Of a DNA stretch of 64,000 bases, positions 29,762-39,582 are shown one piece after another (within the stretch, counting starts at the first letter, position 1; the number at the start of each line of letters is the position of its first letter). The translations under genes and the position numbers were made by a program. Below the pieces are notes generated by a model. It was not told the DNA's origin. It ran no database searches and saw only the letters and a program-made list of their open reading frames with translations. Source of the DNA: an uncultured Phycisphaerales bacterium (GTDB lineage: Bacteria; Planctomycetota; Phycisphaerae; Tepidisphaerales; Tepidisphaeraceae); NCBI GenBank assembly GCA_963755915.1, contig CAVWLP010000002.1, forward strand, positions 544,001 to 608,000, read 5' to 3'.

Positions 29762-30673
29762 ATGAACGAATCGTTACGAACCGCCCTGACCCGCCTTCGG
29801 CTTTCGGGCTTGGCCTCCACCTTGGACGTGCGCTTGCAGGAAGCCGCCGGCCATCAGCTTTCCCACGGCGAGTTTTTGGAACTGGTGCTTCAGGATGAAT
29901 TGCTCATTCGCAATGAACGCCTGATCGCCCGGCGCGTCAAGATCGCGGGCTTTCGGGAACTCAAGACCCTCGACGAGTTCGACTTTTCCTTCAACTCGTC
30001 GGTCAAACGCAAGCAGATCTTCGAGCTGGCAACCGGCCGGTTCATCCGCGAGGCGCGGGATGTCTTGCTGATCGGGCCGCCGGGTCTGGGAAAAAGTCAC
30101 ATCGCCCAGGCACTGGGATACCAAGCCATCAAGAACGGATCGGTCGTGCTTTACCGCTCGATCTTCGACGTGGTGCGCGACTTCCTGCACGATGAGGCCC
30201 TCAACCAGCAGGACAAAATCATGGAGCGGTATCTCCGGCCCGATCTGCTCATCATCGACGATATGGGCATGAAGCAATTGCCCAAACGCTCCGGCGAATA
30301 TCTCTTCGAGATCATCATGCGGCGTTACCAGGTTCGCTCCACCATGATGACCAGCAACCGGCCGCTCGAAGACTGGGGCAAATTGATCGGCGACGTACCG
30401 GCCGCCACGGCAATCCTCGATCGCTTCCTGCACAACGCCGAGGTGATCGCGATCACCGGCAGAAGCTATCGGTTGCGAGACCGTGCCGCGGAGGCGAAGC
30501 CTACCGCTGAAAGCATCGAATCCACCAAACCGCGAGGACGCCGGAGTACCGGCGGCGATGAAGGGCTTTCCCCTCCGGAAGACACCGATGCCAGAAAGCC
30601 ATTGTCTTCTGGCGTGGGGGTTCAGCCTGCCGAAGCGGCCTCGCCGGTAGTCAACAACTCGGCGTCAATTTGA
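29762..30673 (+). CDS. istB: IS21 helper AAA+ ATPase
   Basis: GPPGLGKSH, LLIIDDMG, TSNRP, AILDRFLH, GRSYR. Confidence 0.95.
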   Translation: MNESLRTALTRLRLSGLASTLDVRLQEAAGHQLSHGEFLELVLQDELLIRNERLIARRVKIAGFRELKTLDEFDFSFNSSVKRKQIFELATGRFIREARDVLLIGPPGLGKSHIAQALGYQAIKNGSVVLYRSIFDVVRDFLHDEALNQQDKIMERYLRPDLLIIDDMGMKQLPKRSGEYLFEIIMRRYQVRSTMMTSNRPLEDWGKLIGDVPAATAILDRFLHNAEVIAITGRSYRLRDRAAEAKPTAESIESTKPRGRRSTGGDEGLSPPEDTDARKPLSSGVGVQPAEAASPVVNNSASI

Positions 30674-30774
30674 AATGGGACGGTCGATTGCGATATATCG
30701 GACGTGGTGGCATTTGATCCGATGATCGGTGGTGGCATTTGAAGTGATGACTGACAGGTTTTTGAGCCGATTAC

Positions 30775-30817
30775 GCTCATAACCCGGAGGTCGGAGGTTC
30801 GAATCCTCCCCCCGCTA
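30775..30817 (+). repeat. att-like 3' half of an initiator-type tRNA-Met(CAT) (not an intact tRNA)
   Basis: GCTCATAACCCGGAGGTCGGAGGTTCGAATCCTCCCCCCGCTA; no 5' half even after the IS21 is removed. Confidence 0.85.
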
Positions 30818-30828
30818 TTCCAGATGAC

Positions 30829-30860
30829 AAAGGGACTTGCAGCGATGCGAGTCCCTTTTT
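30829..30860 (+). terminator. intrinsic terminator-like hairpin after the tRNA-Met fragment
   Basis: AAAGGGACTTGC-AGCGAT-GCGAGTCCCTTTTT. Confidence 0.6.
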
Positions 30861-30964
30861 CTTTGGCCAAAAATGGGCCTGCTGCCCCATAAACTGCCCC
30901 ATTCGGCCTGGGAAACATGGTACTCGCCAAGGAGTGTTCAACACTTGTTCCTTGGAGGTGGCCA

Positions 30965-31209
30965 GTGGCCTATTTGTTCAAGCGCGGAAGCGTCTATTAC
31001 GTGAAGTTCTACGTCGCCGGAAAGCAGAAGGAGAAATCCCTCGGTACCGGCGTTTTTCAGATCGCAAAGGAAAAGCAGCGGTTGTTCGAGTCGGCGCGGG
31101 CCAGGGGCGAAAGCCTTCCGATGCCGACGCGCACGCCCATCGCGGACAAGCAATGGTGGCCACGCTGATCTTCGCCGGTCTGCGGCGCGAGGAGTTGTTG
31201 TGGCTCAAG
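30965..31209 (+). pseudogene. tyrosine integrase relic (arm-binding N-terminus joined to box I by internal deletion)
   Basis: GGAGG RBS; YLFKRGSVYYVKFYVAGKQKEKSLGT, then in a shifted frame AMVATLIFAGLRREELLWL. Confidence 0.75.
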
Positions 31210-31410
31210 CTGTTCCAGCTTGCGCAGCGACACGCGAAGCGCACCGGCGAGCAGTCGCCGCTCCGAGCGGTTCACCATGTTCAGCGTGTGATACGTTTGC
31301 ACGTCGCTGAGCGTTTGCAGCGACACGCCGTACAACTCTGCCAGATCCTTCCAGTTTTCCAATCCCACCACTTCCCTGCGATGGTCGAGCCATTGAATAA
31401 GCCTCGACAT
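31205..31410 (-). pseudogene. 5' fragment of an HTH regulator paralogous to 32461-33163
   Basis: MSRLIQWLDHRREVVGLENWKDL versus MSRLIEWLDHRMDVMGIENWKDL. Confidence 0.8.
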
Positions 31411-31457
31411 CGTTTTTCCTTGTTGGAGAAATCATTTCGTCAACGTCAGCACTCCTA

Positions 31458-32020
31458 ACAAGCTCGTCGCGCACCGGACGGACCGGCGGCGATTCGTGGG
31501 CTTCCGATCGTCCGGCTTTTAGACCCTCCACGGCCTGCAGGCCATGATAGACCGTCGGGGAAATCAACTCGTTTCCGACCGCCCAGCGGAATAGATGCTT
31601 GATTCGTCCGATCCGCCGATTGATGCCAGTCCGAGACAATCCCGCATCGATCATATTTTGCCGGACCGCCTTGAGAGCCAGCGGCCCAAAATCCTTCGCC
31701 GGCGTATGGCCGTATAGCCGGCGCAGAGGGCGCATTGCATCGCGGTAGTTGCGAATCTCGTTTGTAGGTGAGCCGTCGACGTGCCGGTAATACGTCTGGG
31801 CGTAATCCCAGAACGCCGCGATCAGTTCGGTGATGGTATGCCCATCAGTTGAAGTTTGTTGCAGACGGCCGTTGGCGAGCCATTCGGCGATGGCCCGGTC
31901 GTAGGCTTTCTTGGCGGTGGCGCTTTGCCATGGACCGAGGTAAACATCACGGCCCATCAGGCGGACGACCGCCTGACCACTGGCCTTGTGGAGAGTCATT
32001 CGTGGAATCGACTGCGACAT
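31458..32020 (-). pseudogene. tyrosine integrase of element 1, catalytic domain deleted
   Basis: HKASGQAVVRL...VYLG...FGPLALKAVR...INRRIGRIKHLFRWAV...PVRPV, then homology stops; starts 120 bp from the att. Confidence 0.85.
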
Positions 32021-32043
32021 GGTGCGACCTCCGAATCGTCCAT

Positions 32044-32066
32044 TTCCTCAGTACAATACTGAGGAA
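32044..32066. promoter_or_regulatory. perfect inverted repeat upstream of the integrase
   Basis: TTCCTCAGTA-CAA-TACTGAGGAA. Confidence 0.5.
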
Positions 32067-32139
32067 TTTTGGAAGATCAGGCCGCACTTCCGCACGCGGG
32101 AAGGTACGCTTAGTGAAGCGTCCGGCGCAACTTATCAAC

Positions 32140-32183
32140 AACTCGGCAGGCAGGACTCGAACCTGCAACCAGCCGGTTAACAG
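32140..32183 (-). repeat. att site: 3' half of tRNA-Asn(GTT), copy 2 (junction between elements 1 and 2)
   Basis: Identical to 18957-19000 over 44 bp. Confidence 0.9.
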
Positions 32184-32460
32184 TTCCCTAAAATCCGGGG
32201 CCGTAAGCCTCATAAGTCAATTGCTGACAGCATTATATCAATCATCAAGTTTTTCGCAATCTATATTAATTAATCCGCTTTTTTCGCGTGGGATCGCGGT
32301 ATTTTGAAGTGATCGCCGGTAATTACCGGCATATCAAACAGCCTCATTGTGCTCAACGCCTAACGGCATCGAAGAACTCACACAGCTTTTCTTTTGTCTT
32401 CGTGGATAGTCGGTTTGCGCAATGCCTAACGCTGCGCGGCGCTGAGCGCAAGAAGATACG

Positions 32461-33163
32461 CTATAAGTGGCCGCCTTCGGCAGGCCATCGTCCAATGATC
32501 TTTCCAATGCGGACGATGTTCACTGGATCTAACTCATGCCGCTGTCCATCCGGCGTTACGACCACTGCTTCGAGCGATGCCAAGTGGAGGTGCCCGAACC
32601 AACCCTGGGTGTCCCATCCATTCCAGCAATAAACGGCCGCTTGACCTCCCCGAAATTCCCATGGTGGAATGTTGTGGAAGACGAGAGATTGCCCTGCGCC
32701 TTCAAATTCCAAAGCGTAAATGTCATAGCCCTTGCCAAAGCGCGGGGAGGCGTCGGCCCCACTCCTCCTGCCAATCCTCATCCGCTTCGGCTTTTCCGTT
32801 CAGCGTGATGCGGCCCAACAGCGGCGTGCCGCGATCCTCCGGCGGAGTCTCTTTCGGCCGCCAGTACGCGGGATCAATATCCTGCCAAGGAAGCGGTCGC
32901 CCGCGAAATCCAGGATCGACGACATGGGCAACCTCGATCCAATCAATGTCTCCCCTGTCCAGACGCTCCAACTTGCCGAGCGACGCGCGGAGCGTTACTG
33001 CAAGCACATAGCGTGCAGAACGATTCAGCGGATCCATAGAATTCTGCTCGCGCATGTCTCGAAGGAGCTCTTGCGACAGGCCCGAGTATTCCGATAGGTC
33101 CTTCCAGTTTTCAATCCCCATCACGTCCATGCGATGGTCGAGCCATTCAATAAGCCTCGACAT
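32461..33163 (-). CDS. HTH regulator with degenerate CI/LexA-like C-terminal domain; frameshift near 32745
   Basis: ORFs 32723-33163 and 32461-32781 join; TPLLGRI...IYALEFEG...VRIGKIIGRW. Confidence 0.6.
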
Positions 33164-33185
33164 CGTTTTCCCTCTTTCGGAACCA

Positions 33186-33863
33186 TCATGTTTTATAGAC
33201 CGTTACGGCCATGCAATGGGCGATGCGCGTTATGTCCCGCCGGTGAACGGTTCGGTCCGGAAACCGCGCACGATCCGGATTAATCTTTCGCAATACCAGA
33301 ACGTCACGGTCGTCATCACTTTCAATCACTCGACTGAAATAACATTCGTCGTTGGTGAACCAGACGATGTAATCTTGGCCGTAGAGGAACTGCTGACCCT
33401 CGACCGATTTGAAAACAGCCATCGCCCTGTTCGGGTACTCAGGCATCATCGAATCGCCATCAATGCGCACGCAGAAATCGCCGAGATTCGGCGGAACTCT
33501 TACGGTGCCTGTTTCGATCCCAAGCCGCTCGCCGCGGATGCCAGCGCTGATACTGTGGAAGCTCGGAATTTCGACAAGCGGATACCCGTCGCCAGCGACA
33601 CCGCTCACCGAGCCCGCGTCGTTTCTCGCTTCGCCGATCCCAATTTTTCGTTTCAGTTCAGCCGGCGACGTATTAAGTGCCGAGGCCATGCGGCGGAAAT
33701 TATCCGTGAACATCGCGTGGGCGCCAGGCCGCATTAACCGGAACGTACCGGACCTTTTCAGGCCGATGGCCTGGGCAAACGCCTCTTTGGACATCAGGCT
33801 TTCGCGCCAAAGTTCAGCCAAGCGCTCGCCGGAAACCTTCACTGTTCGTGTTGCAACCTGCAT
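33186..33863 (-). CDS. XRE-HTH / S24 (CI/LexA-like) repressor
   Basis: MSKEAFAQAIGL HTH; IPSFHSISAG; VRIDGDSMMPEY. Confidence 0.8.
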   Translation of the reverse strand: MQVATRTVKVSGERLAELWRESLMSKEAFAQAIGLKRSGTFRLMRPGAHAMFTDNFRRMASALNTSPAELKRKIGIGEARNDAGSVSGVAGDGYPLVEIPSFHSISAGIRGERLGIETGTVRVPPNLGDFCVRIDGDSMMPEYPNRAMAVFKSVEGQQFLYGQDYIVWFTNDECYFSRVIESDDDRDVLVLRKINPDRARFPDRTVHRRDITRIAHCMAVTVYKT

Positions 33864-33961
33864 CGGAGCAGCAGAATCCTTTCAACATTGCCTCGGCACG
33901 ACCATTGGGACGACCGCGAGGACGATTGATCCAAAATGACTGCAAAGTGGACGGAATTTTC

Positions 33962-33989
33962 TTGACCAAGCCATAGTTGTTAGGATAAT
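33962..33989 (+). promoter_or_regulatory. sigma70-like promoter for DUF2840-traF
   Basis: TTGACC-N16-GATAAT about 40 bp before the GTG start, divergent from the repressor. Confidence 0.45.
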
Positions 33990-34031
33990 GTTCGGTCTCA
34001 AGATTTGCAAGAAAAAAAAGGAAGGTGGCGT

Positions 34032-34502
34032 GTGCATCCGAATCGTCTGACCCGGTTTGTTTCCCGATACAAAACCGGCTCTCTGATCGACTGCCTGTGC
34101 TTCGGCGACCCGGTCAACCATCACGAAGAACCGAATCGGCGCTCTGTGTATCACTTTCGGGCAGGTCAGGTCTTTGGAGTCGTCTGGTGGCGACGATATT
34201 CCGAGGACCGACAACACCGCGCATTAGCAATTGTCGAAACCTTGCCTGTTGGACAGATTGGCCACGTCATGCCGGGTATTGAGCCGAGCGTTGCCGTGCA
34301 TGCGATTGTGGATCAGCACGGACCCGGAGGACAGGAAGGAGCTGTAGACCAACTTCTCGACGTGATTCATGAGCTAAAGCATCGTGGACAAAATCCGGCA
34401 GCGCTTCCGCCGAGCTATTGGACGGAAACTGTCCACCAAATACTGCTTTGCCAAACGCCGTTCGACTCGTTTGCTGATGAAAGCATGGTATGCCCACTTT
34501 GA
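34032..34502 (+). CDS. DUF2840-like protein
   Basis: FRAGQVFGVVWW...MPGIEP...VDQLLDVIHELKHRGQNPAALPPSYW; directly upstream of traF as in Tn4371-type elements. Confidence 0.7.
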   Translation: MHPNRLTRFVSRYKTGSLIDCLCFGDPVNHHEEPNRRSVYHFRAGQVFGVVWWRRYSEDRQHRALAIVETLPVGQIGHVMPGIEPSVAVHAIVDQHGPGGQEGAVDQLLDVIHELKHRGQNPAALPPSYWTETVHQILLCQTPFDSFADESMVCPL

Positions 34503-35038
34503 CGGCTAATCGCCCTCGAAACTCGATGTCCTTTCGCCGGCACCGCATTTTACTTCGGCTGGGTGCTCTCTTGGCCGTCCTAATAACTCTTCCAAAGCTT
34601 ACGGGGAATCGAATTCTCGTAATCAACACATCGCCGAGCGTGGCACTGGGCCTGTATATGCGATCTTCGGCTGAGCCAGCCATCGGACAAATCGTAGATT
34701 TCCGCATTCCACCGGCGGCGCGGCCGTATGTACAAGCGCGCACCGGGTACGATGGCAAAGATTGGTACATTCTCAAGCCGATCGTGGCGGGACCGGGAGA
34801 TCGCCTTGATACGACCGGAGCTTGGTTGACTATCAATGGCCATCGAGTTGCACCAATGCCACCCGCCACAGATAGCGTGGGCCGACCGCTTCCCATTTGG
34901 CGCGCTTGCCGCGCGCTCCGTCCTGACGAATTCTTTGTGTTCTCAAATCGTATTGCCAATAGCTTCGATAGCCGCTGCTATGGCCCCATTGACTGCCATC
35001 AGATTGATTCGGTTCGCATCGCTTTGTTCACTTGGTGA
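34490..35038 (+). CDS. traF: conjugative S26 signal peptidase (pilin maturation)
   Basis: INTSPSVALGLY, LKPIVAGPGD, DSVGRPLP, SFDSRCYGPI. Confidence 0.88.
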   Translation: MPTLTANRPRNSMSFRRHRILLRLGALLAVLITLPKLTGNRILVINTSPSVALGLYMRSSAEPAIGQIVDFRIPPAARPYVQARTGYDGKDWYILKPIVAGPGDRLDTTGAWLTINGHRVAPMPPATDSVGRPLPIWRACRALRPDEFFVFSNRIANSFDSRCYGPIDCHQIDSVRIALFTW

Positions 35039-35434
35039 TGTAATATATTTTCAGCGAAGACGTTCAAACCTCGATCAGGCGAACCACTGGTTAACAATCG
35101 TAATTAAGCCTAGCATTTGAAGACGTTGGGCTTCAGTATGGTTGGTTGAATGATTACAGCATCCAACCCCGGCAACTTTACAATCGCTGCGTGCCAAATC
35201 CAAGACCACGCCGTGCTTCATAGCCGCTCAACTCGCCCAGCAAGATACAGTAGCCATCGTTTCGCCAGATATGAATTCGCCCGTAGGCAATTCAGGTAAA
35301 CCAACAGGAACACTCTCGCGGTATGAAGCGTGACCAGATTCCCACGCCAGCGTTGCAATGTCTTGGAGATTCAGGATGATTGCTCCTCGGTTTTCCCGAC
35401 CATTTATCTGCGCTACCTTCTGGGAGAATCGCAA

Positions 35435-36207
35435 ATGAGCAAAGCTCAACGGGTTTCGGCTTCGGAAGTCGCGGGAGCGGTGCGTCTGGCTTGGGAAGGC
35501 GCCGAGCTGCGAACTGATCCTGTCGCGCAGGGTCGTCGTCTGGTCGACGGCATGGCCAAACTGATTGGCGGGGATATCGGATTCTACAGCGCGGTTGCAG
35601 ATTTCGTTCCGTCTAAAATACCGAGATGGCTGTTTGCTTCCACAGGAAGCGAAATCCCATTGCCGATTTTACAGTATTTCGCTTGCACCGAAAATTCGAT
35701 CCTCGATGATCCGGCAATGGATCTCGGGTGCCGCGCAAAACTCTGCTGTATTGCAAATGCGCGAGCTCCTAGCTGGGCGGAACCTCAAACCGTACGCAAA
35801 AGTTTTGGAGACAATGCGCAGGCATCAGACATCGCGACGCGCTCATTGGCATTTTTCGGAGAAAAGATAAATCCTCCATCACAGCCTTAAGCGTGCACCG
35901 CACAGAGCTAATTCGTGCCCACAATGCACGGGAACGCTCCGTTGTTCACTGGTTTGTGCGGGAAATACAGTATTTATACGAGACGGGCCGGCTTGAGACG
36001 GCGACTGCAGGACCCTTTGACGCTCTTTCGCCCCGGCTTCGGCAGGTGGCGGAAATGCTGCTGACCTCCGCCCCTCAAAAGCAGATCGCGCGGTCGCTGT
36101 TCTTAAGCGAGTCCACCTTGCGCGATTACGTGAAACAGGTATATCGACAGCTTGGGGTGGAAAGCCGCGCCGAAATTATGTCGCGGTTCTCCACAAACAT
36201 TCGCTAA
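35435..36207 (+). CDS. LuxR-type HTH regulator, copy 1 (frameshifted)
   Basis: Paralog of 36244-37020; LSPRLRQVAEMLL...KQIARSLFLSESTLRDYVKQVYRQLGV. Confidence 0.8.
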
Positions 36208-36243
36208 GAATTCCGCTTGCGCCATCGTCAGGGGAAATCGCAA

Positions 36244-37020
36244 ATGGGTAAATCTCAAAGAGTCGATGCGTCGCAAGTTGCTACCGCCATACGTCTAGCC
36301 TGGGAAGCCACCGAGCTGCGATCCGATCCTTCCGGTCAGGGCCGTCATCTCGTTGACGGTCTTGCGAAACTAATCGGCGGCGACATCGGTTTCTATTGTG
36401 CAATAGGCGACTTTGTTCCCAGGAAACTGCCTCGCTGGCTTTTCGCAGCCACCGGCACCGAGGTTCCCACGCCTCTTCTGCAATATTTCGCTCGCCCCGA
36501 AAGTTCCATTCTTGAAGACCCGGTAATGGATTTGGGAAGAGCCTCGACTGGCATAACCGTCTTACATATGCGCCAACTCCTAGCCGGCCTCGATCCAACG
36601 CCGTATCTCAATGCAATCGACATCATGCGCCGCATTGGACATCACGATGCGCTGATTGGAATGTTCCGCCGAAAGGACGCGGCGGCAGTCACCGCCTTGA
36701 GCGTACATCGCACTGATTTGAACCGTCCAAACAGTCCGCGTGAGCGATCGATCGTTGGCTGGCTGACTCGCGAATTGCAATATCTTTACGAAACCGGCCG
36801 TATTGAGATCGCTTCCTCGAAGCCATTCGATCATCTTCCGCCTCGGCTTCGGCAAGTGGCGGAAATGCTGCTGACTTCAGCGCCACAGAAACAAATCGCG
36901 CGGGCGCTCTTCCTGAGCGAATCCACCTTGCGCGATTACGTGAAGCACATCTATCGCCAATTGGGCGTCGAGAGCCGGGCCGAATTGATGGTGCGGTGCT
37001 CTGCCGGCTGTACGAAATAA
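36244..37020 (+). CDS. LuxR-type HTH regulator with N-terminal GAF-like sensor, copy 2
   Basis: C-terminal LPPRLRQV...KQIARALFLSESTLRDYVKHIYRQLGVESRAEL. Confidence 0.85.
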   Translation: MGKSQRVDASQVATAIRLAWEATELRSDPSGQGRHLVDGLAKLIGGDIGFYCAIGDFVPRKLPRWLFAATGTEVPTPLLQYFARPESSILEDPVMDLGRASTGITVLHMRQLLAGLDPTPYLNAIDIMRRIGHHDALIGMFRRKDAAAVTALSVHRTDLNRPNSPRERSIVGWLTRELQYLYETGRIEIASSKPFDHLPPRLRQVAEMLLTSAPQKQIARALFLSESTLRDYVKHIYRQLGVESRAELMVRCSAGCTK

Positions 37021-37419
37021 CCCTCCTTCTCACTTGCGTTCTTTCGTCGCTCAATGCGACCCCCCAATTTGTGGGGGATTGAAACACCCGCTGCTGTTGC
37101 GATAGAAGCACCTTCCGTGTCAACGACCAGGGTCAATTTTGGCGTCCTGCCCGTTCATGCAGTTATTTTGCGGACGCCGATCCCTCGTTTAACATGGTGT
37201 TCAAGCCGGAGCCAAAATTGGCGACGACGACAATTTGAATTGACGCGCGTGCGTCAAGTCGCTGTTTCATCGAAATCCGCCAGCTTTCACGTACAGAAAC
37301 AGTGCCTTGTGCCCGCGCCCCGCAAGGGGCGTCGGCCAGGGTACGTTCTGTACGCCCCCTGGCGGGGGTTCGATGAGCGTCCTTGGTTCGACGCTCTTTT
37401 TCATTTCAGGGGGCCTCTC

Positions 37420-37728
37420 ATGGGCCGTCAACGAAATCCCGTCAGAGACAAAAGTCACAAACTGCCAGTTCTGGATATCGACGAGTGGCATCCGATCATC
37501 CGCTCGCTCGGCCTATCGGGACGCCAGGGGCGAATTGTGGAGCTGATCCTTCAGGGCAAGAGGGACAAACAGATAGCCGCCGAGTTGGAACTGAGTGTTC
37601 ACACGATCCGAACGTATATGAAGAGAATTTTTGACAAGGCAGGAGTTGATGATCGTTTTGAACTGCTTCTACGGATAATGGCAATTCGCAAATCGAACTG
37701 CGGGCAATCGAGGTGTCCCTATAAATAA
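37420..37728 (+). CDS. stand-alone LuxR/GerE HTH protein
   Basis: LSGRQGRIVELILQGKRDKQIAAELELSVHTIRTYMKRIFDK. Confidence 0.8.
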   Translation: MGRQRNPVRDKSHKLPVLDIDEWHPIIRSLGLSGRQGRIVELILQGKRDKQIAAELELSVHTIRTYMKRIFDKAGVDDRFELLLRIMAIRKSNCGQSRCPYK

Positions 37729-37864
37729 TGACACTGGAATAGCGGCTTGTTGGAAAATGCTGCGTTTATAGAATTCCTTGGGCAAACGTGTCGCGAGATT
37801 TTTTAACTCCATGCTGTCGCAAATTACGAACAGGAAGTCGCTTTTGGAAAGGGATGGGGGAAAG

Positions 37865-39529
37865 ATGAAATTATCGAGGTTTTTTGGACTGGCGATTGTG
37901 GTGGCGGCGTGTATGGGGGAGACGCCGCTACGGGCGTTGGTGGATACACGCTAACAACGCTTACGTCATTCAACAACACCAACGGTGCATATCCCTATGG
38001 CGGGCTGACGCTCTCTGGCAACACGCTCTATGGCACAACACTTGAGGGCGGCAACGGCGATGGCAAAGTCTTTTCGGTATCCCTTGCCGGCGGCTCGCCC
38101 ACCGTATTAGCGTCATTCAATGGCGCAAACGGCGCATTCCCCGCTGCGGGCCTGACGCTCTCCGGCAACACGCTCTATGGTACGACGCAAAACGGCGGCA
38201 CCAACAACAATGGCGAAGTCTTTTCGGTTCCCCTTGCCGGCGGTTCGCCTACCGTTTTGGGGTCATTCAACTACACCAACGGCGCGACCCCCGTTGCGGG
38301 TCTGACGCTCTCCGGCAATACGCTCTTTGGTACCACCGCAAACGGTGGTGCCAACGGCGATGGCACAGTCTTTTCGGTGCCCCTTGCCGGCGGATCGCCT
38401 ACCGTTTTGGCATCGTTCAACAACAATAACGGCGCGGCCCCCAATGCGGGCTTGACGCTCTCCGGCAACACGCTCTACGGCACGACCGAAAGCGGCGGCG
38501 CCAACGGCTATGGCGAAGTCTTTTCGGTGCCCCTTGCCGGCGGATCGCCTACCGTTTTGGGGTCATTCAATAACACCAACGGCGCGAACCCCTATGCTGG
38601 CCTGACACTCTCCGGCAATACGCTCTTTGGTACGACCGCAAACGGCGGCCCAACGGCTATGGCGAAGTCTTTTCGCTGCCTCTTGTCGGCGGATCGCCTT
38701 CCGTTTTGGCATCATTCAACAACACCAACGGCGCGGGGCCCGTTGCGGGCCTGACGCTATCCGGCAACACGCTCTATGGCACGACGGATCAGGGCGGCGC
38801 CAACGGCTATGGCGAAGTCTTTTCCGTGCCCCTTGCCGGCGGATCGCCTACCGTTTTGGCGTCGTTCAATTACACCAACGGCGTGAATCCCCCCTATGGC
38901 GGCCTGACGCTCTCCGGCAACACGCTCTATGGTACGACGGTTGGCGGCGGCGCCAACGGATATGGCACCGTCTTCGCCCTTTCGATTAATCCAATCATCT
39001 CACTTACTTCCACTGTCCCCGCCGCGTTCGGCAATTCGCTGGGAACGCTGACCATTACCGGCAATAACGGAAATTACACAACCGCGAGCGAGTCAATTTC
39101 CGCGTCATCCAGCGGCTATGTTCTAACCTCCGCCTGGAACCCGACGACCGACACGGAGATATACGCCTTGAAAATCTCCGACTCTGTCGCGGGCAATCTC
39201 GCTGCCGACTTGGCCGCTTTGGTCTCACAAATCGATGACGGAACCTACAGCGGATTTGCGATCAGCGCTTCCACAACTGATCCGACAATCGGCGACGTTC
39301 TCACCAATATCACTCCCGGCGGATTCAATCTGTTCCTGACCATAACGGACCCCACGTTTACGCAAGTTCTGACTACTTCGGTTTCGATCTGAGCCAATTC
39401 AATGCCAACTCCGACGTGCTGACGGCATCGGCAATCGCGGTCGTGCCGGAGCCGGCATCGCTATTCATTCTGACTCTCGGCGGCCTCGGCCTGCTGGCCC
39501 GTCGGCGACGGCAGATTGTTTGCAATTGA
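37865..39529 (+). CDS. PEP-CTERM surface protein with 7 Gloeo_Verruco (GloVer)-type repeats, copy 1 (3 frameshifts)
   Basis: 150-bp/50-aa repeat PTVLASFN..NGA.P.AGLTLSGNTLYGTT..GG.NG.G.VFSVPLAGGS; ends VPEPASLFILTLGGLGLLARRRR. Confidence 0.85.
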
Positions 39530-39582
39530 GTCCAGCGTGACGTGACGCTTTCACTCCGGCACTGCCGGAAGCAAGATCAATC

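Larger units (their letters stand above)
27986..30756 (+). mobile_element. IS21-family insertion sequence
   Basis: TGTCAGGCATCACTT...AAGTGATGACTGACA terminal inverted repeats; 6-bp target duplication GGTTTT at 27980-27985 and 30757-30762; istA and istB. Confidence 0.95.
19001..32139. mobile_element. decayed integrative element / genomic island at tRNA-Asn (element 1)
   Basis: Flanked by the 44-bp direct repeat; truncated integrase next to the right att; trbB and repressor relics; compositional shift from the core region. Confidence 0.85.

Noticed and set aside
31205-32020. Intact 271-aa integrase
   Set aside because: Homology ends near 31458 before the catalytic residues; the tail is out-of-frame read-through into the regulator relic.
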